Notes: generated by a model not told the origin, from the sequence alone. Numbered from the stretch's first letter, positions 44,973 to 57,045 are shown. The stretch: DNA of 64,000 nt from the human T2T-CHM13v2.0 reference genome, Homo sapiens (GCF_009914755.1 NC_060935.1); one strand, 5' to 3'. Translations and numbers: made by a program.

Positions 44973-46773
44973 GTTGGAGCTGCCAGGATGAACTGAGAAT
45001 TTGCAAAGCAGGGAGAGGGGAGAAGAGAGGGCCCTGCAGTCTCAGAAGCCCTGGAATGAGGCTGGGCCCAGTGAAGCAGGATGAAGGCTGGGCAGCCCTG
45101 AGTGGGTGTCAAGAGACCAGGCTAAACCCGGGGGAACCAGGGTGAGTGGCTTTGCCCAGTTCTGCAGAGAGGTCAGGGAAGTTCACAAGGGGTCCGGGGA
45201 AGCAGAGGGCAGGCAGGCTGCAAGTGAAAGGAAAGAAGCTGCACAGAAGCTCCTGGCTGTGGGCAGGAGTGGCTGAGCAGGCCCAGGGTGCGGGGAGAGC
45301 CAGTGTTGAAGTGACCTGGGGCCAGTGGGGACAGGAGCAGGAGGGCCCAGGCTCATGGGGCTGGAGGCTGGGCCCTGAAGCAGACCCAGAGAGGAAGCGA
45401 GACCATGAGGCCGGCCCTGCGTGGGCCTGGGGGACTGCAGGGCTGGGGGAGGGGCACAGGGCAGAGCTGCCTGGGCTTGCAGGGAAAGCAACTCCACCTG
45501 GCCTCAGGAAGGTGGACAGGACTAGGCTTCCATCTACATCTACAGAAGGGCCTCAGAGCAGCCCCGACCCCCTGGGGGTCAGCAATGCCACCTGGGCCCT
45601 GGACCCTCCAGCTTAGACCTAGCACTGAGGTGCAGAGCCAGGGACCAGCTCAGGAAGGGCATGGTGCCCCCCATATCCAATCTGCTCTTCTCCAACCCCC
45701 AGCCCTCCTCATCTTCAAGGCTAATCCCTCCTCCTCCAGGCAACTCCCCAAACCACCGCCCACCCTCTCCCTTCCCTCGGAGTGGTTCTCAGATGGTGTG
45801 GGCAGTGACACTGTCCGTGTAGACGTGTCCCCAGGCCTCAGAGGCTTGGGTGACAGCCCAGCACCCTCCAGTGCCCGGCACAGGAGAAATGCTAGGGACA
45901 GAGGCAGCCATCAAGGGACAGGGCTTGACCAGGGGCAGACCCTGGGGGCCAGGATGCAAGCACGCCCCCAACCCAGTCAGGCCCCTCCCCACCGCCTGCC
46001 CAGCACTGAAGGCTGCAGGGCCCTGGGCACACTTCCGGGCTCCTTCTGTGGCGCCCCTGTCCCTCCATCCCCACAGCAGGCGGGGCACAGGCAGATCCAC
46101 TGCCCAAGGCTGCTGGAAAGTTCCTGGAGGGGGATGGAGAGAAGAGGCTGGGCCAGGCTCCCAGCAGCCCAGCCTACCCCTCCTCCCATGCTCAGGGACC
46201 CTTGAAAGCTAGAGGCCAGCACCCTTGGGACAGGTGGGTACAGGCTGAGCCCTGGCAGGAGGCAGTGGTACTAACGACATCTGGGCAGCCTCAACCTTGG
46301 AAGGGGGCTGAGTCCCTGGGTGAGAGTGGCCCTGAGCCCCCATCTCCAGCCACAGATACGGTTTCCAGAACCTTTTAGAGGTTGCCCAGCCCCAGTCCTC
46401 TAAGGCTGTTGGTGGGGGAGGCATTCCCTGGAGTTGGTACTGATGGTACTTTGCTTTTTCTCTGAAAAAGCCCCCCAGGCTCCTACCCTTCGTGGCACCC
46501 CCATCTTTGAGAACTTGGTGCCTGACACTGTCCCAGACCCCCTGGCTTCAGGTGCACGACAGTGAGTCTGAGAGTCTGGCTTCCAGCTCTCTCATTTCTC
46601 CATGTATGTGATCAGGGGACGGAGAGAGGTGTCCACACCCCTAAGGCCTTCCTTCCCCTTCCCTCTTCTATCCCCCTCTGCCTGCTTCCAGGTGCTCAGC
46701 CCCTTCCCTCCCTCCGGCAGTCCAGTACCCAAGTCAGAGAGTGGAACACTCAGAAGATCATGACTTTTAATGC

Positions 46774-46779
46774 TTTATT
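46774..46779 (-). terminator. IGF2: Distal poly(A) signal of IGF2
   Basis: AATAAA on the minus strand, followed by GCATTAAAAGTCATGA. Confidence 0.9.
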
Positions 46780-47023
46780 GGGATTGCAAGCGTTACAAGG
46801 TTAAAGACAAAACCCAAGCATGGGATTTTGCCGGAAATATTAGCGTTAAAGGAGCTGAGTTGAGTCAAACACGGGCCGCAAGGTGGACCGAGGCGGCAGG
46901 CACAGGTGACATTCAGTGTTTGGCGTGGGGGTCTTCAGGTGATGGCAGAGGAGGGGACCCAAGAGGGGGCCCCCCACTGAAGACATTGGGGACACGGGGA
47001 GGAGACAAGATGGAGAGCCACGA

Positions 47024-47365
47024 CTAGGCACGGAGGTCAGACAGGCAGCCCGGGCCAGGATGGTTAGTGGCCCAGGGGAGAGCTGCAAACCTGGGGACGC
47101 AAGGGGCTGGTCGGCAAGTGCCCCCGGGAACACCCACTCCGGCGAGGCAGAATATAACACTGGGTGGGTGGGTGTCCTGACGAATGGGCAGGTAATTTGG
47201 GGTGCCTCGAAGCGTTTTGGATCTCAGGCCAATGTGGGTTCCACAATTGTGACAATTTGGCTCTTTGGGCTTCTGTCCAATGTTCCGAATGGCCCACTCA
47301 CAGGGCGCTTGCCGAGGGACCCTCTGCGACTGAGGCGGACTGGCATGGACGACCCCCGGGGTCAT
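47024..47365 (-). CDS. 113-aa 'putative IGF2-associated protein' ORF in the 3' cleavage product (doubtful)
   Basis: MTPGVVHASPPQSQRVPRQAPCEWAIRNIGQK...; recognised as the historically annotated ORF of the 1.8-kb RNA. No domain is visible. Confidence 0.3.
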   Translation of the reverse strand: MTPGVVHASPPQSQRVPRQAPCEWAIRNIGQKPKEPNCHNCGTHIGLRSKTLRGTPNYLPIRQDTHPPSVIFCLAGVGVPGGTCRPAPCVPRFAALPWATNHPGPGCLSDLRA

Positions 47366-48339
47366 GCCAGCCCCGTCACCAGGACCCAGAAGCCTCAGGC
47401 CTCTAGACTGCTAGTCGGGCTGCGTGCAGGGGGGCTGAGCTGGGGGCACAAGTGGGGGCGAGGTAAACCTCCCAGAGGCCGAGTCCCTGCCGCAGCCCTA
47501 GGCGCCGCGGTGGTGGCTGCTATGGCATCACCAGACCCGTGGGCTCCGGGGCCCAAGCAACCTGGTCGATGGGCAGACCTGGCAGCTCTCCTGCTCTGTG
47601 GGCTCAGACCCGCCTGACCTCCCTACTCCCCGGCCTCACCCCACCTTGCCCCCAAGAGGTCCCACAGAGCTTCGGACCTCCTGGAGACAAGGCAGGGTGC
47701 TGAGGGGCGGGCAAGATGTCACCGAGGGAGAGGGGAGGGTTCCTCAAGTGTGCGGAAGGCGGCCACCCTGCCCCAGCCTGATGGAACCCTCTGTTTACAC
47801 ACCTGCTAGCCCCTTCCCCTCCGGCCAGCCTCAGGCCAGCCAGGAGCCCCCTCCTGTGGCCTCCGAGCACCCTCCTGACACCTGAGGAGACCCTGCCCAA
47901 CCCCCCCCTCCGCCCTCAGGACTTCTGGGGACCAGCCACTGTCCCCAGAAGCCAGGCCGGACAGTGGCCTTCTCCACTCCCCTCTGACTTCTCCAAGGGG
48001 GCTCAGTGGCCAGTGCCCCCCAGGAGGCTCCACCCTCAACTCAACCCAAGCAACAGGGACAGATGAAAAACAAAATCCAATCAGGGCGATAAATGGCGGG
48101 GGGCAGGACGTGGTGGTCTCCAGGCTGGCTTCGTGCGTTCTTGCTTTTGTCACTGCCCCCCTGTTACATGGGGGGGGGGTTTAATTTGGTTTCTGAGCGC
48201 ATAAAGCTAAGGAGGGGTAAAAAAAAAACAAAAAAAAAAAAAAAAAGGAAAAATGCCCCAAGAAACAAAGAGGGGGAATAGATCAATTGACATGAAATTT
48301 GGGGGTTCCTAATTTCTCTATGTAATTCTGCAAGTCTGC

Positions 48340-48640
48340 TGTCAATCCTCCTGACTTTTCCATCCAAAATCTCCCGGGACCACTTCCTACCCCAGAACTC
48401 CCCCCGCCCAGCCCCCACTGCCCCCCACCCACCCCTCCAACCGCCAGACTTCCCACACTCCCCGCATCAGTGCACGGCCCCCGAGGACTCCACATTTCTT
48501 GGGGGGTCCCCAGGAGACGGGCAAAGATGATCCCTAGGTGTGCTCCGGTGGGGGGGTCCCCAAGATCTTCCTTCCAGGAGCACACCAGGGAGTCAGGCTA
48601 CTCGTGGGGGCATGTCTGCTCAGCTACCGCCATCTCCAAT
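48340..48640 (-). other. IGF2 mRNA endonucleolytic cleavage element II with G-quadruplex-forming tract; cut near 48460
   Basis: mRNA GGGGAGUGUGGG...GGGGUGGGUGGGGGGCAGUGGGGGCUGGGCGGGGGG lies ~1.7 kb from the poly(A) site and is complementary to 50490-50595. Confidence 0.8.
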
Positions 48641-49062
48641 GTGGCCAAACTCCTTCCTCACTCTGGCTGGGCCAACACACAGTAAGTAAGGTGTATCGGG
48701 AATGGGTGGGGTATGGGGAGCATCGTGGCTCACGCTGCGGGGGCCGTGGGGACAGGCGCCAAGGAGGCCAGCCTCACAAGGGCATCTCTGTCATGGTGGA
48801 AAGATGGAATTAGGCCTGGGACACACCCCGCCCACCCTACGGGTGTATCCCAAATGCCGCCGGCCGCACACTCAGGCCGCACCATCTGAGCCCCCTCCTC
48901 TGAGAGGCAGGGCACAGACAGGGCCGAGGGGCAGTGGAGATGGGAACAGGAGGGGGGCTCAGACCATGAAAACATTGGAGAATCTTAGCGGGACTTTGGC
49001 CTGATCCATACAGATATCGTAGTTGCTTAGATATGCTTATTGTTTTCATCCAATTTTGTGGG

Positions 49063-49757
49063 GGTGTGCGTGTGTGTGCGCATGTGTGTGTGCAGGTGGG
49101 TGCTTGCGTGTGCAACGTGTGTGCTGCGTGTTTGTGTGCTGTGAGCTGTGTTCATGTATGTGCTGCGCATGAGTGTGTGTGCTGTGTGTGCATGTGTGTG
49201 CTGTGTGTTTGTGTGTGCTGTGTTCATGTGTGCTGTGCATGCGTGTGTGCTGTGTGCATGTGTGTGCTGTGTGCTGTGTTCATGTGTGTGCTGTGTGTGC
49301 ATGTGCTGTGTGCATGTGTGTGCTGTGTTTGTGTGTGTGCTGTGTGTGCTGTGTTCGTGTGTGCTGTGTTCGCGTGTGTGTGCTGTGTGTGCATGTGTGT
49401 GCTGTGTCTTTGTGTGTGTGCTGTGTGCTAGTGTGCTGTGTGTGCATGTGTGTGCGTGTGCTGTGCGTTTGTGTGCTGTGTGCTCGTGTGTGTGCTGTGT
49501 GTGCGTGTGTGCTGTGCGTTTGTGTGTGCTGTGCGTTTGCGTGTGTGCTGTGTGTGCATGTGTGTGCGTGTGTGTGCCGTGCGTTTGTGTGCTGTGTGTG
49601 CATGTGTGTGCGTGTGTGTGCTGTGCGTTTGTGTGTGTGCTGTGTGCTCATCTGTGTGCTGTGTGTGCTGTGCGTTTGTGTGTGTGCTGTATGCTCGTGT
49701 GTGTGCTGTGCTCGTGTGTGTGCTGTGTTCATGCGTGTGCTGTGTGTTGTGTGTGTG
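49063..49757. repeat. Interrupted (TG)n/(CA)n tract in the IGF2 3'UTR
   Basis: ~700 nt of tgtgtgc/tgtgcatg units. Confidence 0.97.
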
Positions 49758-50157
49758 TAGCTGCGGGGATGCATAAAGTATGAGTGCTTTTTAGGATGGG
49801 AATTGAGATGTAAGATTTGGGGGTGAGGGTCGTGCCAATTACATTTCATTTGCATGGATTTTGGTTTTCATGCTCTGTCCTCCCCTCCTTTGGTCTTACT
49901 GGGTCCCTCTGACTGCTCTGTGATTTTTAGTGATGGAAAAGGGAGTGAGGAGCCAGTCTGGGTTGTTGCTATTTTCGGATGGCCAGTTTACCCTGAAAAT
50001 TCCCGTGAGAAGGGAGATGGCGGTAGCAGCGACGTGCCCACCTGTGATTTCTGGGGCCCTTCTTTTCTCTTTGCTGGTTCAGGGACTCAAGTCCAGGCCA
50101 ATTTGACTCAAAGTCCAAGGGAGAAGAGAAAGAGGGGGGTGGGGAGTGCCAAATTCC

Positions 50158-50163
50158 TTTATT
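50158..50163 (-). terminator. IGF2: Proximal poly(A) signal (candidate for the short ~2.2-kb IGF2 mRNA)
   Basis: AATAAA ~480 nt after the stop. P3 leader (~1.16 kb) + CDS + ~0.5 kb sums to ~2.2 kb. Assignment is inferred. Confidence 0.55.
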
Positions 50164-50639
50164 TTGCCAATTGTTTCTCAGCCAATTCGTTTTTAATACT
50201 TTTTTTTTTTAGCCAATTGATTTTTTTTGGTGGTTGTTTTTTTTAAAGCCAATTTCTGAGCTTTTGTGGGGTGTTTCTAAAAAGCCAATTAGTTTTAAGA
50301 GGGTTGTTGTGGGGGGGGGGGAAGGGGGTTAGTTTAATGTTTTGATTTTTTATGTGTGGGGATAATTGGGGATAATTTGGGGGGAGGGTATGTGAAGGGT
50401 GTTTAAAGCCAATCGATTTTGTACATGTTTGAAGATGCTGCTGTGCTTCCTCAGCCCGATGGAGGGGGCCGAGGAGAGTAGCCTGTTTCGGGGAGGCGGG
50501 GCACGGGGACTGGGTCAGGAGAAGCCCCAGGGGGACGTGGAACCGAGAGATTTTCGGGATGGAACCTGATGGAAACGTCCGTGGTCAGGAGGAGGCTGCA
50601 GGATGGTGGCGCCGGGCTGCAGACTTGCGGCAGTTTTGC

Positions 50640-51122
<483 letters not shown>

Positions 51123-51139
51123 CTATTTCTCTGTCTCTA

Positions 51140-51349
<210 letters not shown>

Positions 51350-51786
51350 TTAGCACCGCACTGACCCCAGCCCCCGGAGGCTGAAGGGGGAGCAAACCAC
51401 CCCTGCCCTCAGGCCAGGCCCTGGAAGGACGCAGCCACCCTGCGGGTCAGGGGAGGGAAGTGAGAGCTGGCAGGCAGAGGCGTCCCAGGAAGAAGAGAGG
51501 TGAGAGGGGAGGTGAGTGGGACCCAGACCAGCCCGTGGCCTCTGCTGCCTCCTTCCTCAGATGAAAAATGGGCACAAGCTCTTGGTCCCACAACCAGAGG
51601 GACACCACCAGGACCAAAGGCTCACAATGGGAGTGGTTTGGAAAATGTGTGGGATGTGAGCCCAGTTCAGGGGCCCCCACAGGAGGGACTGCTGTCCCTG
51701 AGCTTGGACTCTGGCCTGGCACCACCTAGGAGGCTGGAGGGGCCCACACCACCCCTGGAGCTGCTGAGACAGGGAGACAAGGGCAG

Positions 51787-51862
51787 GAGAGGAGAAGACG
51801 GGAGGAGAGGAGTGAGGAGGCGTGATGGAACCACTCCCTTCTTTCCTCCCGTCTTCCCCCTC
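51787..51862 (-). ncRNA. MIR483: pre-miR-483 hairpin in an IGF2 intron
   Basis: 5p arm AAGACGGGAGGAAAGAAGGGAG (51855-51834) and 3p arm TCACTCCTCTCCTCCCGTCTT (51815-51795) are mutually complementary. Confidence 0.98.
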
Positions 51863-53014
51863 TCCCCCACAGCAATGCTCAGCTGGAAGGGGAAGGTCGC
51901 TGGGGGCTCCACCTTGGGGTGCCAAAGGGCAGGTGCCATCAGCCGGAGGAGGGAGCAGGAGCCCCATCACGGGGGTCCCCCAAGTGGGGGCTTGGCCCTC
52001 CCCTCCTCTCAGGAAAGCCTGGTGCAGGGAAGCTTCTCCCTGGGCAAGGACTGGCTGGCACCAGGCCCTGCAGTGCCACTTCCTACCCCCAAATGGGGCA
52101 GGCAAGAGAGAGGGCACAGGAGAGGCCAGGGCGGGCAGGGGCTTCCAGAGTCAAGCAGCAGGAACTTTTCAGAGAGAAGCTTTGAAGTGCATTTGCATCC
52201 TGTGAGCCCATTTCACAGCGTGAGTAAGCAGTGGTGGTAAAGATGTCACGTGGTGAGTGTCAGGTGGAATAAGCCGTGCGGCCTCTGCCAGTAAGGAGCG
52301 GCCCCTCCCCTGCCCCATCAGGCATGCCCAGGCACCATGCCTGCCTCTGCATCCACCCAGCCCCCCTATCTGGGGGTGGGGTCTCAAGGACAATGGGCCA
52401 TGCACCCACCTGCCAGCCCCCAGGCTGGAGAACCAAGAGAGAAACATGAGGAAAGGCTGAAGCGTCCTTGAGGTCAGCAGGTGGGCACCCCCCACGGCAG
52501 CCTTGGGGCCCAAGGAGGCGCATGCACCGCTCACCCCTGCCACCCACCAACTGCACTTGTCTTATTGATTTTAATTATATAAATCACTTTATTGATTTTA
52601 ATTCTGATCATTCACCGAACGCACGTCCCTTGTCAAAATGTCCAAAAGGTGCAGGAAGAAAGGCAGGCTCTTCCTCCAGAGCCTGAAGCCCTGCACTAGG
52701 CGTGCGGTGCCTCAGGAGCAGGAGCCTCACGGCCCCCAACAGAAATTCTGATGCCCAGGGAGACCCCTGTGAGTGCCCCTGACGTCTAGGGGGCACCTCT
52801 GGCCCACCCTTCGAAGGAGGCGTGTGATGGGAAAGGCAGCTGGTGTGGATGCCCTGGGACACCGCACGTGCTCAGAAACGCGGCGGGAAGGTCAAAGTCT
52901 CAGAGCAAGCGGCTGGGCTGCTGACCTAGGAGTGTGCTCCCCTGGCTTGAGGTTGGGCATCCTCACCGGTCACTCTAGGGGCCTGACCAGGTCTGAGGAA
53001 GCCCCTCCCAGCTA

Positions 53015-53488
<474 letters not shown>

Positions 53489-54840
53489 TCAGCGGCATCC
53501 ACAGCTGCAGGGGCCCAGGCTGGACACCCGACCTGGCCTCCGTCCTATGACACCATGGGGGCAGGGCCAGCCCAGCGTCACATCGCCACTTCTCAGGCCT
53601 CCAGCGCCAGCCAAGATGGCAGACAGCCCCACCCCTACAGAGCATGTGCATCCAGGAGGACCAGTCCCTTCCTCCCCACAACCCCCAGCTGAGCAGGGGG
53701 GGTCCAGGAGGACCATCGCCCTCAAAGCAGCAGGCCAGTCCTGCTGGGCCAGCCCCGCCCCTCCCCCTGGCTTTTCCACCTTTCCAGTCTGCAGCTGAGC
53801 CAGGCCTGGGTCAAGGACTCCAATGGTTAACACAACCACGCCACCCATGCTCTAGAAACCTTGTTTTCCCAGTCACCCAGTTCTCCAACTCCAGTCTGCC
53901 TTGGGTACCCCCAAACACACACACACACGCCCAGAGCCTCCTTTCCAGGCCTCAAATCGAACCAGTAAGGCCAGGGGCCTCCAGAACATCTCCCTATTTG
54001 CGCTACCAAACTCTCCCCGTGGGAGCTGGAGAGACCAGCTCAGGCCACCTGGGAAGTCCGACACCAGGTTCCCCAGACTACAATCTGGAAGGGGAGGCCA
54101 GTCTTAGGACACACCCCCTCCACAGGCTGCAGGGCCACAGGGCCGGGTTAACCCACTCGGGGGTGGGAGGCCGGGAGCCACCACAGCAAGTTGGCCCTGC
54201 CCCTGCAGAAGGTGGTACCCTCCAGGCGGGCAGCCCCAGCCTTCGCTCCGCAGACCCAGGGGAGTTTTTGATGCAATAAATTATGTGAGCGACTGAGCAG
54301 GCAGTGGGACAGAAGCACAACTTTGCATGCCCTCTCTAAAGACTAGTGGGCAGCTGCGCCGAGGATCTGAAAGCCTCCTTGGTCATCTCCTTGACTGGAC
54401 CCTGGCCAGTCCTCTCACCGCCCCCTCTGCCACCCCCTTCCAAATTCTAAGAGCACACTCCGCCAGCTGGCCACTCTAGCCCTCGCCGCGCTTCCGCAAC
54501 AAGCCCCACCACTCTGAACTTGGAGGTCCGGGTCAGGGGACCGGCAGAAAGCAGGACAGGAAGCATGCAGCGGTGCGGAGCAGGTGAGGGCCCAGGAAAA
54601 GCCCTGAGCTGGGCAAGGAGGGGGCCGAAGGGAAGGAACAGAAAGGGAAGGAGCAGGTGAGGGAGCAGAGACCAGGTGGGGGCAGGGGCAGAGGAAAAGA
54701 GGGGAGGGGGGTGCTGTCCGAGAGGCAGCGGGCTGGCGGCTGCAGGGCCCGAGGCCCAGGCGTGGGCCGTGCCCCCTGCTGCCCTGCCTCAGGCTGGAGT
54801 GGGATGGCAGCGGGGGTCCTCACTCCACAGCCCTGGTTAC

Positions 54841-54940
54841 CTACAGCTCAGCAGAAGGCTCGCTGGGGCAGGAGGAGGAGGAGGAAGAGGAGGAGGAGGA
54901 AGCTGGAAGTCTCTTTCACAGGAGAAGCTAATGTCCAGTT
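54841..54940 (-). other. IGF2: IGF2 P4 non-coding leader exon (~100 nt; start approximate)
   Basis: TATA-like CATAAAAG at 54970-54963, a (CCT)n-rich exon body, and donor GCTGTAG|gtaacc at 54841/54840. Confidence 0.85.
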
Positions 54941-55100
54941 TGCAGGCTGGTCAGTGCCTCAGCTTTTATGTGTGAGCCGACTCCTCCCAGCCCGGGCTCC
55001 ACCCTACCCCCCACCCCTCTCCCTGCTGACCACTCCCCCGCGCCTTTGCTCCCGCCCTCTCCCTCCTCCCAGCCAGTCTCTTCTCTCCTGCACCCCCAAC
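54941..55100 (-). promoter_or_regulatory. IGF2: IGF2 promoter P4
   Basis: CATAAAA box ~25-30 nt upstream of the leader exon, with G-rich Sp/EGR-type boxes upstream. Confidence 0.75.
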
Positions 55101-55880
55101 CGGGAGCCCTGGACCATCCCGTAGCGAAGTGCCATGGGCTCCCATCCTGCACCCCCGGCTCATCTCTGCACAGGGCAGTGAAGGGGGGGGGGTCTCCTTC
55201 CCACCTCCTTGTATGGAAACTTCCACGCTGCCCACTGGGCAGGGGCCGCGGCCTCTCTCCGGGTCGAAGGCTCTGCCCTTCTTAGCCTCAGACCAGCAGC
55301 CCCTCTCCCCCTCTCCCGGGACTCCTGTTTGGAAATGTTGCGGACAGAGCCAGAGGGGGTGTGGGGGAGATGTCGCGAATGTGGCGTCTGCCATGACTCC
55401 TGCCAACTCGGCCCCTCTCCATCCTGGCCCCGCCCACCCCCGTCTTCCTCTCGCGGTCTCGCTGGCACCGCGTCAACATACCAGGGTGGGCTTCTGCGGC
55501 TCCGCGCCCCTCCTCGTTACCCAGCACCCCGGAGGCCAGGGCCCGCAAGGCACGAATCACACATGTGAGGCGGCACCCCCTGCACCCACAGACCGACCGG
55601 GAAGTCGCCCCTGCAGACACCTCACACCTCCCTCGGCCCTTCCCGACGCCCCCACCCCACCCCCAGCTCCGCCGCCAGGGTGAGCGCGGGGCTCCGCGCA
55701 GGGAACGGGACCCGCAGCCGTCCGTCCTCCTCCTCCTCCTCCTCCTCCCCCCCGGGCTCAGCCGCCCCGCCGAGCCCCGCAGGCCCCGGGCCGGGAGCGG
55801 GCGGAGGAAGGGCCGGGCGTCCGGCGCAAGCCCGCGCCGCCCCAGCCCCGGCCCCGGCCCGGCCCGCACACGCCGCTTAC

Positions 55881-57045
55881 CTGGAAGCCGGCGACGCTGC
55901 CGCCCACCTCCCTGCTGCGTGTCGCAAACCGAACAGCGGGCGTTGGCCCTCCTGCCGGACACTCCTCTGCCAGCGCCGCTCTGGCCGAGTCGCGGGGGCC
56001 GAATGTGCGACGGGGCAGAGCGGGGGGATGGCTTTTTTTTGGGGGGGGGGGGAGAATTCGTCTGATTGTCCAGGGAGGACGGGCTGTCTTCGGGCTGGGG
56101 CGGGCCAGATGTTGTACTTTTCGGGGGGGAAAAGGTATCGGGAAATGAGGTCAGCTGTTGTATCAAGGATAGAGGGGGGCAGAGATAGTGGGAGAGACAG
56201 AGTGAACGTGAAAGGGGGGGGCCGAAGAGAGGGCGAGGGGGAGAGAGGACAGCGAGAGGCGGGCAGGCGCACAGCGGGAGAGAACAGCACGGAGAGAAAC
56301 AGAAAGCGTGTAATTAATCCACTTTGGTTCGGCGAAGGCGAGAGGGCGGGCGTGAGGGGGGGAGGGAGTCGGAGGCTAGGAGCTGGGGGGGACGGGAGGG
56401 AGCGAAGGGAAGGTTGCGGGAGAAAGAGCGGGGGCCGGGGCCAGACGCCAAGAGGGGCGCGGGGAGCACAGAGAAGCGGAGGGAAGGGCGCCACGTCGAG
56501 GGGCCGGGGGAGGCGGTGACTGGGGGGCGGAGTGGAGGCTGCACCCGGACCGCGGGCGCCCAGCTCGGTTTGGGCCGACGGAGCCCTCTGCCGTCGCGAG
56601 CCCGGGCCTCGGGAGGGGGACAGGCGGTGGCGGCACCGGGGCCGCTCCGGGACGCAGCGCGGAAAGGGGAGCGGCCCGAGGCTGCGCGCCGGGGGGAGGG
56701 CTGGAGGGGGAGCGCGGGGGGGGTGACAACGCCGGCGGCCTGCGAGCCGGACTGCCTGCGGGGGGAACCGCCTCCTCGGGCGAAGCGGGGATGGGGGGAG
56801 TTGAGGTAGATGAAGAGGAGGCGGCGGGGAATCCGCAGGCCCGGCGGAGCGCGACCCCGCGGACGGCGCCCGGGACGGGAGTCAGCAGCGAGGCAGCGGG
56901 CGGCGTCGACGCGGGGCCGCCTTGCCCGATGGAGGCGCTGGTGGGCAGAGCGCGGGCAGGCGTGGGCCAGGAGGCGGGGGCGGCCGGAAGGGGGGGGCCG
57001 GGGCCGGCCGGGCCTCACGCAGCTCCGCCGGAGAGCAGGCGAACT
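55881..57045 (-). other. IGF2: IGF2 P3 non-coding leader exon (~1.16 kb; start approximate)
   Basis: Donor GGCTTCCAG|gtaagc at 55881/55880. C/pyrimidine-rich leader beginning ~25 nt below the TATAA box. Confidence 0.92.

Larger units (their letters stand above)
46757..50639 (-). other. IGF2: IGF2 3'UTR (~3.9 kb); 3' end approximate
   Basis: Runs from the stop codon to just past AATAAA (tttatt on + at 46774-46779). Contains the CA-rich tract and the G-rich cleavage element. Confidence 0.92.

Noticed and set aside
42335-45145. 925-aa, 429-aa and other His/Pro/Ser/Thr- or Trp/Gly-rich ORFs
   Set aside because: These are translations of the GGAT/GGGT satellite, which lacks stop codons by composition.
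49027-49855. Cys/Val-rich metallothionein- or keratin-associated-looking ORFs
   Set aside because: They are translations of the (TG)n tract in the IGF2 3'UTR.
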